The position numbers and the translations under genes are program-made. A stretch of DNA of 64,000 nt. Origin: Octopus sinensis (Eukaryota). The DNA lies in contig NC_043012.1 in NCBI RefSeq assembly GCF_006345805.1, positions 24,986,001 through 25,050,000 on the forward strand, in the 5' to 3' direction. The notes below the pieces were generated by a model that worked only from the letters and a program-made list of their open reading frames with translations, was not told the origin of the DNA and searched no databases. This document shows, one piece after another, positions 51,375-63,860 of the stretch (positions are counted from its first letter, which is position 1; each line of letters begins with the position of its first letter).

Positions 51375-52120
51375 AGCTAGGAAGACTGAAGTTCTTATTC
51401 CAACTAAACCTTGGGACAGAACATATGCAAGATTCGAATGTGATGATTGACAATACGTTACTCACAAGAGTCAGGTTATTTAAATATCTTGGAGTGCAGT
51501 AAAACTTTAAGAGTAATCTTGATGACGAATTCAATGTAAGGATGTTTATGTCTACCTTGAAAATATCAATTCTCACGTTCTTTTGCTAAAAGTTCTTTGA
51601 GAAAATTTTCCCATTGTTTGTAGGACTAACGTGGCTTCGGTTTGAAAACTAAAATGAGTGTATGCAGATCTTGTATTTTGAACACACATGTTTGTATTGG
51701 GAGGACCAATGGACTACTTACTACAAACATATAAAGAATCTTATAACCTTTCTCATGTGCTCTCTGCACGTGACCTGCAACATAAAGTGGCAAGATAAGA
51801 TATGAAATGTAAAATTTTAGAAAAATGTGATATCTACACTATTGAAAGCATTCTGTTGAGAAGTCAATGCTGATGGGCAGGACATGTTGATTGAATGGAG
51901 GATGATCGTATTCCTAAAATTATTTAGCATGGCCAACAATTAAGAGATTCCACGGTAAAGGAAGACACATCCTCAGGTGTAAGGATAAGTTGAAAGAATT
52001 ACTAAAATTCCTGCAGTTTAATTTAACATCTTGGGAAAGCTATTGTCTAGAATGATCTCAGTGTTGTAAAATGTGTCAAGATACAGGAGAAGGATTTGAG
52101 CTGAAGAAACAGAACTACAA
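51375..52120 (+). mobile_element. Old RTE-type LINE 3' fragment
   Basis: RKTEVLIP, RVRLFKYLG, NLDDEF, WAGHV..MEDDRIPK and RCKDKLK remnants. Confidence 0.78.
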
Positions 52121-52369
52121 ATGCATTATATCCTTGAATCAAAACACACAATAGTCCAATTCGAGGCAAAATCAAAATCCTCATTTTCCCCATTGCAGCT
52201 TTCATAACAAATCCATACCTGGATTCAAATTGCATCCACGCAGCCATAACAAAAACATGCTGCTTCTTTTAATTGTTAATCCTTAGTTTTTCATTTTTCA
52301 TTCCTTGCTTCAAACACTGATACGTCGAAATCAACGGTAAGTGACCATTATTATTATTATTATTATTAT

Positions 52370-52809
52370 TGAGTGAGAGAGCAGTTCATGCCATCAAAGT
52401 GACACTGGGGTAAAATATACGAAGCCCAATATACCCATCATGACTACCCGTCTGATAAAGGTACACCAGGCACATGCATCACAACCATATGTGCGCGACA
52501 TGGTGATCTCATATCAAGATAACAGCACATGACCTTGCAGGTGGAGCCCAGTTAGAATTTTCTCAGGTTGAGTAGCCCATCCTGCTCAAAAGGTCCCTGA
52601 ATAAGGGTTGCTTTAGGATGTTGAACGAAACACCTATGTTTCCAGAGGTGAATTATTCAAACCCCAAAGAATCCCTCCAACACATGGCCATGATGCTCCC
52701 CCACTACTTCTGCTCGTGATCAGAGATGCACATATCGTCAGCCACTAAGGGACATGCTCAACTGGTTAAGGCCAAACAACTGACAAGCAAATCTGTGGTA
52801 TTGAGCAGA

Positions 52810-52810
<1 letters not shown>
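52370..52810. mobile_element. Unclassified 440-bp interspersed-repeat-like insert inside (TTA)n
   Basis: Mixed-sequence block with sharp borders against (TTA)n on both sides (52348-52370 and 52810-52850). No coding motif or Pol III boxes recognised. Confidence 0.45.
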
Positions 52811-52845
<35 letters not shown>

Positions 52846-53032
52846 CATTATCATGACCGAAGGGGGCCTTTACCCTTACCCTATTATCATTATCATCATT
52901 ATCATCATTATTAAGGAGCTTTGGATCTAGGTTAGAACCAGGTCTTTCTCTATTAGCAAGAAATCTTGAAATAAAAGTGTATCGCACACACACACACATT
53001 CATATATTTATATATGTCTACATATAAACGTG

Positions 53033-53067
<35 letters not shown>

Positions 53068-53089
53068 ATATATAATAATATATATATAT

Positions 53090-53135
<46 letters not shown>

Positions 53136-53184
53136 ATATAGTATATATATATTATAAATATATATATATATATATATTTATATA

Positions 53185-53978
53185 TACGTCCGTAGATAAC
53201 TTTAAAAATGTTTGATAGATTGCAGTTAATTCATTCTCTCTTACCTGTTTGTGTCAGCCTTCCAATTGCTGTTTTACTGAGATCTCCCTTTTTAGTAGAA
53301 GAAATAGCTATAACCCTTTGACTGCTATTTCTAAATTCGGTATGTGGTAAGGCAATTCGTTGCTAAACCCTTATTGCTTAGTATTACTTAAATTTCCCTC
53401 GAATGAGGCTTTTACATGCCGAAGACTACTTGGTGTAATTGATAATTATTCCAAATTAATTAATTTCACCCTTCATTATTACGGGTAACCATATTTTATC
53501 TCAGTAGATGACCACAGCATCTTGTTTTGGCTACACGCGGGTGGGAAGGGGCTGTTGACACAATCGTTTCATTCACAAATTGAATTCGGTGATACTAGTT
53601 GCGGATTCTAGCTCGCCCTGATACTGAGTTGAGTTGGTGCCTCCTAGTATCTCAAAATTCAATATATAATCATTTATGATTATGTATTCTACGCTGAAGA
53701 GAAAAGAAGTTTCGGTAAGATAGAATTATTTAATATTTAATATTAATTCTTATGCTTTCCTAAAAACTTGATTTCGAAACGTACGTCCGTATAACTTTAA
53801 AAATGTTTGATAGATTGCAGTTAATTCATTCTCTCTTACCTGTTGTGTCAGCCTTCCAATTGCTGTTTTACTGAGATCTCCCTTTTTAGTAGAAGAAATA
53901 GCTATAACCCTTTGACTGCTATTTCTAAATTCGGTATGTGGTAAGGCAATTCGTTGCTAAACCCTTATTGCTTAGTAT
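53185..53978 (+). mobile_element. Retrozyme-like or non-autonomous PLE tandem element (597-nt period, about 1.3 copies)
   Basis: 53185-53384 and 53782-53978 are identical except for two small indels. A hammerhead spans the monomer junction and (TA)n flanks both sides. Confidence 0.75.
53688..53793 (+). ncRNA. Type I hammerhead ribozyme with long stem II and palindromic stem III loop
   Basis: TCTACG CTGAAGA(53694-53700) GAAA...75-nt hairpin...TTTC GAAA(53776-53779) C GTAC G TC / CGTA. The core is fully canonical and the predicted GUC cleavage is after 53787. Confidence 0.8.
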
Positions 53979-54120
53979 ATATATAATATATATATATATT
54001 ATATATATATATATATTATATATATATACATATATATAAATGTATATATAATATTACAATTAATATATATAACATATATATTTTATATGAATAAATATAT
54101 ATATAGATATATATAAATAT

Positions 54121-55200
54121 GTTTAAGAGACAGAACCACCTTCAAGCAACTCAGACAACATATACAACTAGAAATCGTCGAAATAATTTTTCATTACTAA
54201 ATAAAGAACAAAAATGAGGAATAAAAAAAATAAGAAAAATTAGAAAAATAAGAAAACGAAATAGAAATATTATCTTATCTTTTTGGAATTTCCCTTTTCG
54301 CCAATCAATCATGACTTCCAACGTATAATCCAATCATGAGAGCTCCGTTGTAGGGGAGATAATTCTTATTAACATTTAAGAGTCCTTAAGATATATTTAC
54401 TATTCTATATATTTACCGGATATGGAATGTAAGTAATAAAAATCTAGGAGAAGCCGGAAATCAATGTATGATGGGAATAGTCTAATTTTTTTACGTGGAT
54501 CATTTATTTTATTTATATGCCAACATTAACACAGATATAGGCAAACAAGTACACCAAATTACTAATCTGGTGAATTTTAAACTATTTTTGAATAAGTAAA
54601 TATCTCATTTTTATATTTTTTATAATTATAATAATATTTACTATCTTTTGATTACGCTATTATTATTAAAACTGACGTTACTCTAAAATTAAGTTTCTAA
54701 CTTAATATTAAAAATTTAGAATAATACCATCTAACATTCTACTAAAATTCTATTAAAACTTAACACTAAAATATCTCATATTAGAAGTTAATATCATCTT
54801 ACATTTATATATAAATAAATATATTCTAGTTATACTAAACTAAAATATTAATATATGATTATAGATTATAACTAAAAATTATGACGAAAATAGTTTATTT
54901 AAAGACCTTCTATTTCAGCAATACCGATAGTTAATTTGTCATGAAGCGCGCGTTGTCTGCATAATTTCATATATGATTAAGACCAGTAATTGGAGATATT
55001 AATTTCGATAAAAGTTTATCTTATATATCTCTATCATAGATAATGTCGCTCAATGTTGTTTGAGTTGCTTGAAGATGGTTCTGTCTCTTAAACCTTCTTT
55101 TTATATATCATATAATACAGCGAGAAATTCATTTTAGTACCACTAAATTGACTTTCTCTTCCCTGTGGAGCGCAAATAACCTCCCTAATATTAATAATTA
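54121..55200. mobile_element. AT-rich element with a 41-bp inverted repeat (54121-54161 / 55053-55093)
   Basis: GTTTAAGAGACAGAACCACCTTCAAGCAACTCAGACAACAT versus the reverse complement of ATGTTGTTTGAGTTGCTTGAAGATGGTTCTGTCTCTTAAAC, 2 mismatches. (TA)n lies on both sides. Confidence 0.65.
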
Positions 55201-55755
55201 TATATATATAGTGATGCTCTGGTTGGTGGCCGAAGCTATATTAGAATCAGGTATCGTGTGGTTGAGAGACTTCATTATTTATTTATACACATAGTATATT
55301 AAATACATTTCAAATTATTCATTGAAAGTTAGCGTGTACATCTCTGTTTATGTATGTATGAATATATGCATGTATATGTGCCTGTTTATGTGTATTCCAT
55401 CAATATATATATATACATATATATGTGTGTGTGTGTGTTTGTTTACACACACACATATGTATATATAAATACGTATACATACACGCATTCTCCTTCATAA
55501 GAACATGCAAGGATGTTCCTATCTTCGTATTTCTTTTACGTTGGAGCAAGTCTTCCAGTTAATGAAATATATGCGACAAGACAAGGTGTATAATGTCTTT
55601 TATACTTTCCTTGTTTACAGACTATCCTGTAAACAAGTCACTTCCAGAGATCACACACACAGATGTACATATAACACACACACATGCACGTAAGCAGTCA
55701 TGGACGCACGCCCAAACGCATTTTTTTATATATAAATATGTGTATATATGTGTGC

Positions 55756-55812
<57 letters not shown>

Positions 55813-56327
55813 TATATGTATATATATATATATATCGATATAAACATACGTATACACATATATACATATATAAACATCTATACATGTGTACATATACACA
55901 CATATATATATATGTATATATATAATGAAATACGTATATATAAATGTATATACACATACACACATATATATATATATGTGTGTGTGTGTATAATGGTATA
56001 TATGTGTGTGTGTGTGTATAATGGTATATGTGTGTGTGTGTGTGGGTGTGCGACGCGTGTGATTCAGAGGTCTAAACCGTCTCAACAAATCAAGATCATT
56101 TGTAATTTCTTCGGATATTGATTTACAAATAATAATTATAATTTGATTTATTTCTGTTTTCTATGTTGCACTTGATGATTTTCTTTTTCTTTCTTCTAAT
56201 TAACTTGAGTAGTTTATGACGGAGATAAAAGCCGACTTCATTGAGTAATTGAATTTATCGGTGTGGAAACTTTCTCCTTTTGTTTTTCTTTATCATTATT
56301 ATATTATTATTATTATTATTATTATTA

Positions 56328-56361
<34 letters not shown>

Positions 56362-56418
56362 ATTATTATTATTATAATAATAATTATTATTATCATTATT
56401 ATTATTATTATTATATTA

Positions 56419-56449
<31 letters not shown>

Positions 56450-56717
56450 GTTATTATTATTATTATTCTTTGCAAATTGAATGTAGAGGGAGACACACAA
56501 AATAAATAAATAATTAAACATATAAATAAATATATAAATAAATAAATGTGTAAATAAATAAATCCAAAGGAAATGAAACTTATATAAAATTATATTTGAT
56601 TTGAAAGAATATATTTCATGTTTCACCGAGAAACCTAGTATTGGATGTCTGTTTGTCTTCTCTTGCTTTCGTTACAATGTTTTCTTTCAGACGTTGTACT
56701 CATTCGCTGGACATTTA

Positions 56718-56768
<51 letters not shown>

Positions 56769-56794
56769 TCTTTACTCTCTTTTACTCTCTTACT

Positions 56795-56965
56795 AGTTTC
56801 AGTCATTTGACTGCGGCCATGCTGGAGCACCGCCTTTTAGTCGAGCAAATCGACCCCGGGACTTATTCTTTGTAAGCCCAGTACTTATTCTATCGGTCTC
56901 TTTTTGCCGAACCGCTAGGTGACGGGGACCTAAACAAACACAGCAGCATCGGGGGACAAACACAG

Positions 56966-56996
<31 letters not shown>

Positions 56997-56998
56997 AT

Positions 56999-57040
<42 letters not shown>

Positions 57041-57205
57041 TACGGTAGGTTTCTTTCAGTTTCCGTCTACCAAATCCACTCGCAAGGCATTGGTCGGCCC
57101 GGGGCTATAGCAGAAGACACTTGCCCAAGATGCCACGCAGTGGAACTGAACCCGGAACCATGTGGTTGGTTAGCAAGCTACTTACCACACAGCCACTCCT
57201 ACGCT
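56795..57205 (-). mobile_element. SINE family B, full length
   Basis: Same as 6790-7205, with tail (AAGAGAGTA)n. Confidence 0.9.
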
Positions 57206-57210
57206 TATTA

Positions 57211-57274
<64 letters not shown>

Positions 57275-57291
57275 CATTATTATTATTATTC

Positions 57292-57500
57292 AGGCGGAGT
57301 ACTGGCAGAATCGTTAGTGCGCCGGGCGAAATCCTTAGCAGTATTTCGTCCGTCTTCACGTTCTGAGCTCAAATTCTGCCGAGGTCAAATTTACCTTTCG
57401 GAGTTCGATAAAATATGTACCAGTTAAACACTGGGGACCATTTAATCGACTCGTCCTTTCCCTTAAAACTGCTGCCCTTGTGGCAAACTTTGAAAATCAA
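57292..57500 (+). mobile_element. SINE family A
   Basis: AGGCGGAGTACTGGCAGAATCGTTAG...GAGCTCAAATTCTGCCGAGGTC, downstream of (TTA)n. Confidence 0.85.
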
Positions 57501-57504
57501 ATTA

Positions 57505-59200
57505 TTATGATTCCTGCGTAACACAGTGTAAAAATGCACCGTAGTCTTTAGTCATCTGTCATGTCACAAGGATCTCAAACCGATACTTTCCTTAAGATGT
57601 GAGCTGTGCCCAATAAGGCTGCTTTTTGCAAGACCTTGTATGTGATTTTCAGTTGCCTTAAGATGTCTTGAAGCTTGAATGGAATTGAGCCCAACTCCCT
57701 AATCACCATCGGTATCACGTTTACATTACCCTCCATACATTAATGCCATCTCCACTTTGAATTCAAAGTACTTGGTGATTTTTTCGACCCCTTTACGCAC
57801 AACATTCATGCCATTTATCACTTATTCAATATGACAATATCCAGCTGACGGGGTTCGATTACACGATCCGCTTAAAAATCATTTTACCAGAGTATCGTTA
57901 CTTTTCTATCTTCATGCATAACTTTACTTGGTACATTCTCTGTTTCTTCATATTGGTATTTACGGCATAAGAGCCAATGAAGAAACCCACACACTTTATC
58001 GTGGCAGCTTTGCGTCCTTTTTTGTGCAAGCATCTCACATCCACTTACCAAGTGGGCCACATTTTCCACACTCTTTCCACCCAGTCTGTATTTCTGAGTG
58101 TCAGGAGTTTTATAGGTGTTATACTTCACAGAATTTTTTGCGAGAGCCTTGTCTTGTGCAGCAATGATCAGGCTTTCAGTGGTGCGCTTCAAATCACCTC
58201 GCTGAAGCCATGCCCATGATGCTGTATTATCCTTAATTTCTTGTGTATTATTTTCAAACTGCCCATGCATTCTAATTTCAAGAAGGTCTTCTTTTCTCTT
58301 CTCCTTAGCTCTTTGATTAAACTCTGCTTTGCCCATCATTTCATCTGCATTTACACCCATATCTTACGCTGTACATTACAGCAGGTCTGCATCGCTATTT
58401 ATCAAATACTCGGCAAACGTTCTCCTTTCACTCCTTATACAATTGTCTATAGTAATTAGTCCTCTGCCACCATTCTTTCTTTTGCTATACAGTATGTTTA
58501 CGTTTGCTTTAGATTATAGCACTCCCTGCAGCATCATCATCTTTCTCCGGTGTTGATATTTCTTCCTTAGTGCATTTGAGGATGCACGCATTATATCTGA
58601 CCACCGCAACTGCAAGGATATTCATTGCGGTAATCAATTTTTTGGCATTTAGGTTGGATTTAAACACCATCTTCACCTTTGTTTTGATACGTCTCACTGA
58701 CCTTGACTTTCATTTCTCTGTGTAGAATGTCATCCATCTCCAAAATCCCTAAATATCTATACCCACTCTCGTCGGGGTCACCCACGGTCTCTCCTGATTG
58801 TAACCGCATTCCTCTGTAGACTGCTTTCTTCTTTTTTTTCATATGGTGATCTCAAATTCCATACCGATGTCCCACCACACTTCTGGACAGTTTTGGTTAA
58901 GGAAGCTATCTGTTTTTCAGATTTCCCAAGCAATTTCAGGTCATCCATAAACAATTGAGGGAAGCAATTAAGAAAAGGCTAGAATCAAAGAAAACAAAAT
59001 GGGTCTATAGCTGGCAAGAAAATTCCCTGTTTGTCCAGCGCCTAGTGGGCGAGAACTGTACTGTGTGGAAGGCGATAATAAAAGTTTGTAACATGGGTTG
59101 CTGATAAACCCAGAATTTCTTGATTCCTGCAGGGGATGAAAGACTTGTCACTAGAAACCACCAAAAGCTTGTAATGAAGCAGAATCCAATAAGCAATATT
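57505..59200 (-). mobile_element. R4/Dong-clade LINE, decayed RT, knuckle and RLE
   Basis: LFMDDLKLLG (RT YxDD motif), GYRYLGILE, ORF 57884-58360 MHGQF...SWAWLQRGDLKRTTESLIIAAQD...HLVSGCEMLA...HDKVCGFLHWLLC, and LQKAALLGTAHILRKV. The extension from 58960 to 59200 is tentative. Confidence 0.85.
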
Positions 59201-59608
59201 TTTTTCATCTTTTAGTCCAAATTAGCAGCGCTTCTAGGTTGGCTGGCTGAGATGGATAAATATCATTTGAAAAAAAAAATCTGGTTTGAATATTTGCAAC
59301 TGATTGAACTCTATTCAAGGCACTACTATGCTTGCTCGTTATTGGTGTTGAACGGGACGTCATGCTAAGTCTTTCATCCAGGAAGGTCACAACGAGGCTT
59401 CAGAACGCAAATACCGCACGAAATACCGTAAAGGATCTACTCCGATGTTCTTACATTTCTGCCAACTCACTCTTTTGCACCGTTACTTTCTTACTGCCCC
59501 GCGGGTTTTGAACTCATTATGTAAAATCTTGGCGGGATTCAAACTCTTTATGTAAAGTGTATCATAAGTTTTCTCCAAGACCCCAACATTTCTGCCATTT
59601 TACCGCCA

Positions 59609-59644
<36 letters not shown>

Positions 59645-60741
59645 AGGTTCTCTTGTTTGTGTCTACTAAATTCCACTGAAAGCATTAATGAAGATAAAAC
59701 TATTAACGGGAAACATCTGCCCAAGCTATTACGCAGTGGAATTAAACATGGCGCTTTATGATTATTAAACGAAGTCGTTAACCACATAGACAGTAACTAT
59801 GTGACTGATTCTTTTGCTTTGTTTTAAAGTTCGCAGCTCAGTAGGTGTCATTATTAGACTTCGTTTGTGGCAATTGTGGATCTAACTCTAGTCATATGAA
59901 ATTTCCTGCGATATAAAAATGAAGATGTAATACAGCCTAATTATGATTTGTTAAAACTTTGCCGCTGTAGGCGAACAATATTACAAAATATTATAAATAG
60001 ATGATGTCTTTAAATTCATTCCATCGTTAACCTGATTTATTTCTTGACGTAAATTAAAAACGAAAAACGACATAGATAAAATCTTTCAATTTAGAAGAGG
60101 TAGTATGCGCATAACAAAGAGCAGAGCTTTCAGAGTTGCTAGATAACATCGTGTATCTAATACTACCAATGTGGAATTAAAAATTTTTTAAGGTATTACG
60201 TGTCCTGAATTAAATACAATTTCTTGAAAATAACCTGTTTATTCAATTTTGATACGTTCTGGTAGATTCACACGTAACATCTGAACTACCTTGTTTTGCG
60301 CCACGAGAGAATTACCTCTTTTCTTCAAGCATTTACTTGTTTTGTATTTCATGGTTCTCTATCAACGTCCAAGCAATTTAATTTTTTTCCCGAAAGAAAA
60401 GCCCGTGGAATCTCAACGGTTACCACTAGACTAATACAACTCTTTATGTGTCACTCTCAGTATGTACTATCTTCCTCAAAATTTGATATTATAACACACA
60501 TACATACATACTTACATGTTTTTGCTTTGATAATATATATATAATTAATAATATCAGGGTAATAAAGATTTTAGAAATTTTTACTACAAGTGGCCTAGCG
60601 CATACAATAATTAGTCAATAGACTATATATTATTCATATAAAATACAGTGTACATTTAAACACATTAAGAGGGTTTCCATCATAGAAATCCTTTACGCTA
60701 GAAAGAACAGCTAAAGTCCAAACCATATATATAATATATAT

Positions 60742-60787
<46 letters not shown>

Positions 60788-61043
60788 ATATAACTAAAAT
60801 CAAAGTGGATGGATTTTTGTATTCGGTTCATTTATCATGGGAATACAAAATGCATAAAAGAATTCATCGAGATATAGGTTTTCAAAAGCTCCAATATTAA
60901 AATCCAAAGAAAACCAGTATTTCAAAACCTTACCATCGTTTCGAGGAATGTGTTATTATTGGGCGAGTTTTCCAGTCGCATTTATCTCATCACAGGTACA
61001 AATATTTATATCTATATCTATCTATCAATACACACACACACCA

Positions 61044-61146
<103 letters not shown>

Positions 61147-61985
61147 GCGTGTGTATGTGTATGTATTTATTTACGACGCAGATATAGTATATATTAAATA
61201 CGTGTTATATATATATATATCTATATATTATATACACGTATATTTAGTTGTGCATGTATATGTATATGTAAAGTATATTTTTACGGAATGGCAGTATAAA
61301 TGCATTCAAATTAAGCGAAAGCATAGAAAGTCAACTCAATATAAAATCCAAAGAAAACGTCTTCGGTGATGCAACATCACTAATTATGCACTCTGCTCAC
61401 ATTGTAGTTGTCAGTAAATATTTAAGTGCAACGTATTTTGATGCCAAAAACAGAAAACGTTAAGAAATATAATATAAATCATATATAATACAATGAGAAC
61501 TCGCCCACGATTATCTTCAACAGCCATTTGCTTGAATTCGTATTTCAAAAGCACCAATAATGAATCTAAAATCTAAGAAAATTGATGTGTTCGGTGCAGC
61601 GTGCCAAATTCAGGTTTTTCCATCTTGTAATTGCACGAAGGAATATTTAAACAAAGAAAAGAAAAAAAAATGGAAGGAAGGAAAAAGAAAAGGTATCGTA
61701 TTTTACTTCGATTTTACAATTTCTTATCTTGCTATTTAATAGAAACTTGTTTAGATAACACCCTTTGTTACTACAAGCAATATTGTTTATGAAACAACGA
61801 GAAGCTATTTTTACACACGATATGCATGTCTACATACACACACACATACATACATACATACAAATATATATATAATATATAATATACAATATATACATAT
61901 ACATACACACACATATATATATCATTAACAGAATGAAATAAAAATCAAATGCTGTGAAAGTTTTTAGAACATTTATAAAGAGAAG

Positions 61986-62033
61986 GTCTTACAGCTGTTT
62001 CCGGGATGTTTTACATATCCCTCCATCGGAGAC
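61986..62033 (-). ncRNA. Type I hammerhead motif with two core substitutions (family H4)
   Basis: GTCT CCGATGG A GGGAT ATGTAAAAC ATCCC G GAAA C AGCT G TA / AGAC. Stems I, II and III are all present. Confidence 0.6.
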
Positions 62034-62189
62034 GGTGTGAGAAAATGGTTAAGCAATAGTTATTCTAGAGAAGATATGAAGTAGAGAGTGAAGTGGAGGA
62101 ATGAAAACAGACGTGAGATACGCAGGAAGATTGTATCTGCAGATCCATTATTTAAGCAGAATGGTATACATACATACAATTTCCGACTA

Positions 62190-62252
62190 CTAAAGCCATG
62201 TGAGTGGATTTGGTAGACGGAACTAACAGATGCTCGTCCGTATATAATACAT

Positions 62253-62310
<58 letters not shown>

Positions 62311-62640
62311 TATATATATAAGTATATTAGATGGTATGTATATATATATATATGTACATGTATGTGTATATATATATATATATTATATGTGTATATATAT
62401 ATATATTATATAAGTGTGTGTGTGTGTGTGTGTGATTGTGTGTCTGTGTTTGTCCCCCCAACATCGCTTGACAACCGATGGATGATGTGTTTACGTCCCC
62501 GTAAATTAGCGGTTCTGCTAAAGACACCGATAGAATAGTACTACTACGCCTACAAAAAGTAACTCCTCCTGGGGTCTAGTGGCCCGACTAAAGGCGGTGC
62601 TCTAGCATGGCCGCAGTCAAATCAATGAAAGAAATAAAAT
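62190..62640 (+). mobile_element. SINE family B lacking the head, with expanded central microsatellite
   Basis: AAAGCCATGTGAGTGGATTTGGTAGACGGAAC, then (TA)/(TG)n, then TTTGTCCCCCCAACATCGCTTG...GGCCGCAGTCAAAT. Confidence 0.85.
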
Positions 62641-63059
62641 AATAAGTGAATAAAAGAATGCGGATATATCTGTACACACACATATATGGGGAAATATATA
62701 TATATGCATATGCATATACACGAATATATATTTATGCATAAGGAACACGACTATGTAAATTGTGTACGGCAGAAAAAATATATATACTCATTTGAGCTAG
62801 GAGGCTACCTAAAATCTAGGACGGAAGCCATGGGGATTTGTCCACATTTTCGGAAATGTTTTCTTCAAAATTGGAAAACCTCGCTATCAAGTGAAGGAAG
62901 ACAACTAGCCAAGCCAAATTTTTTAAGAGGAATATTTCTTCAACTATTACCGGCATTCTTGTGTTTTTAAAAAACATTCTTTGCTGTGAACAGTTATCGT
63001 TTAGAGAAACTGAAGATATGTCGAGTTCACGCTAGATATGAAATCAGTGGATCTTTTTT

Positions 63060-63260
63060 CTAAAACTCTTACTTGACCGCTAGCTACTAAAGCTTTTTTT
63101 TTTTCTTTTTTATTCTCTGTCTGTTTATTTTCTCGTTTTCCTTTCTGTTAAAGAGCGTAGGCTCGGAATGTAAAAGACTTTATCACCTTCCCGAACTTTA
63201 AACTAATACACCTGTTTGTTGTTTACGCACCTGACTTTGTTTTGTAAATTCCAACTATAT
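63060..63260 (+). mobile_element. Repeat family H1 copy (decayed hammerhead-like motif at 63141-63177)
   Basis: CTTT CTGTTAA A GAGC GTAG GCTC GGAA TGT A AAAGAC, followed by ACTAATACA...GTTTGT as in 11940-12200. Confidence 0.7.
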
Positions 63261-63553
63261 ATATATTATAATATAATATATATAGATATTATATATATAT
63301 ATATAATATATATATACACACACATATATATAAATAATATGGAATATATATATATATCCCGGAAAAACCACCCACACACCCGATATGTCTCCGCAAACAA
63401 TAACTCTCTGCTCGAATGGGCCTTGGTGCCGAAATCCTGAATTGAAAGACTTCACCAGGTGGTGCTATTAAGTTAGACATGGCCTGGGCCAATACTGGCC
63501 AAAACCTCTCTAAGTTTTCTAAGTTATATTTATGCATGTATGTATATATGTAC

Positions 63554-63626
<73 letters not shown>

Positions 63627-63719
63627 TAATTTATATATATACATAGATACGTGTGCGTACGCGTGCGCGCATATTGCCAGAATCATTTGCACGTCGGTTA
63701 CAAAACTATTTTGGAGCAT

Positions 63720-63860
63720 CCTTCTGGATCTTTAACTTTTGAGACCAAGTCCTGCTGAGACTAAGTTTGTTTTTATTCCTTCGGACTCGAGGAAATGAAG
63801 TACCAGACAACTACTGGGGTCGAAGAAATCGACCTGTTCCTTCCTTTACAACATTGCTTA
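63720..63860 (+). mobile_element. Old SINE family A remnant
   Basis: TTTTATTCCTTCGGACTCGAGGAAATGAAGTACCAG...ACTGGGGTCGA...AATCGAC. Confidence 0.6.

Noticed and set aside
54160-55050. Very AT-rich stretch suggesting a mitochondrial insertion
   Set aside because: No recognisable mitochondrial gene, tRNA or rRNA motif. The inverted ends favour a mobile element.
59005-59208. 67-aa ORF with a signal-peptide-like N-terminus (MKKILLIGFCF...)
   Set aside because: It is contiguous with the R4/Dong RT remnant on the same strand and is probably a shifted LINE frame. No other support.
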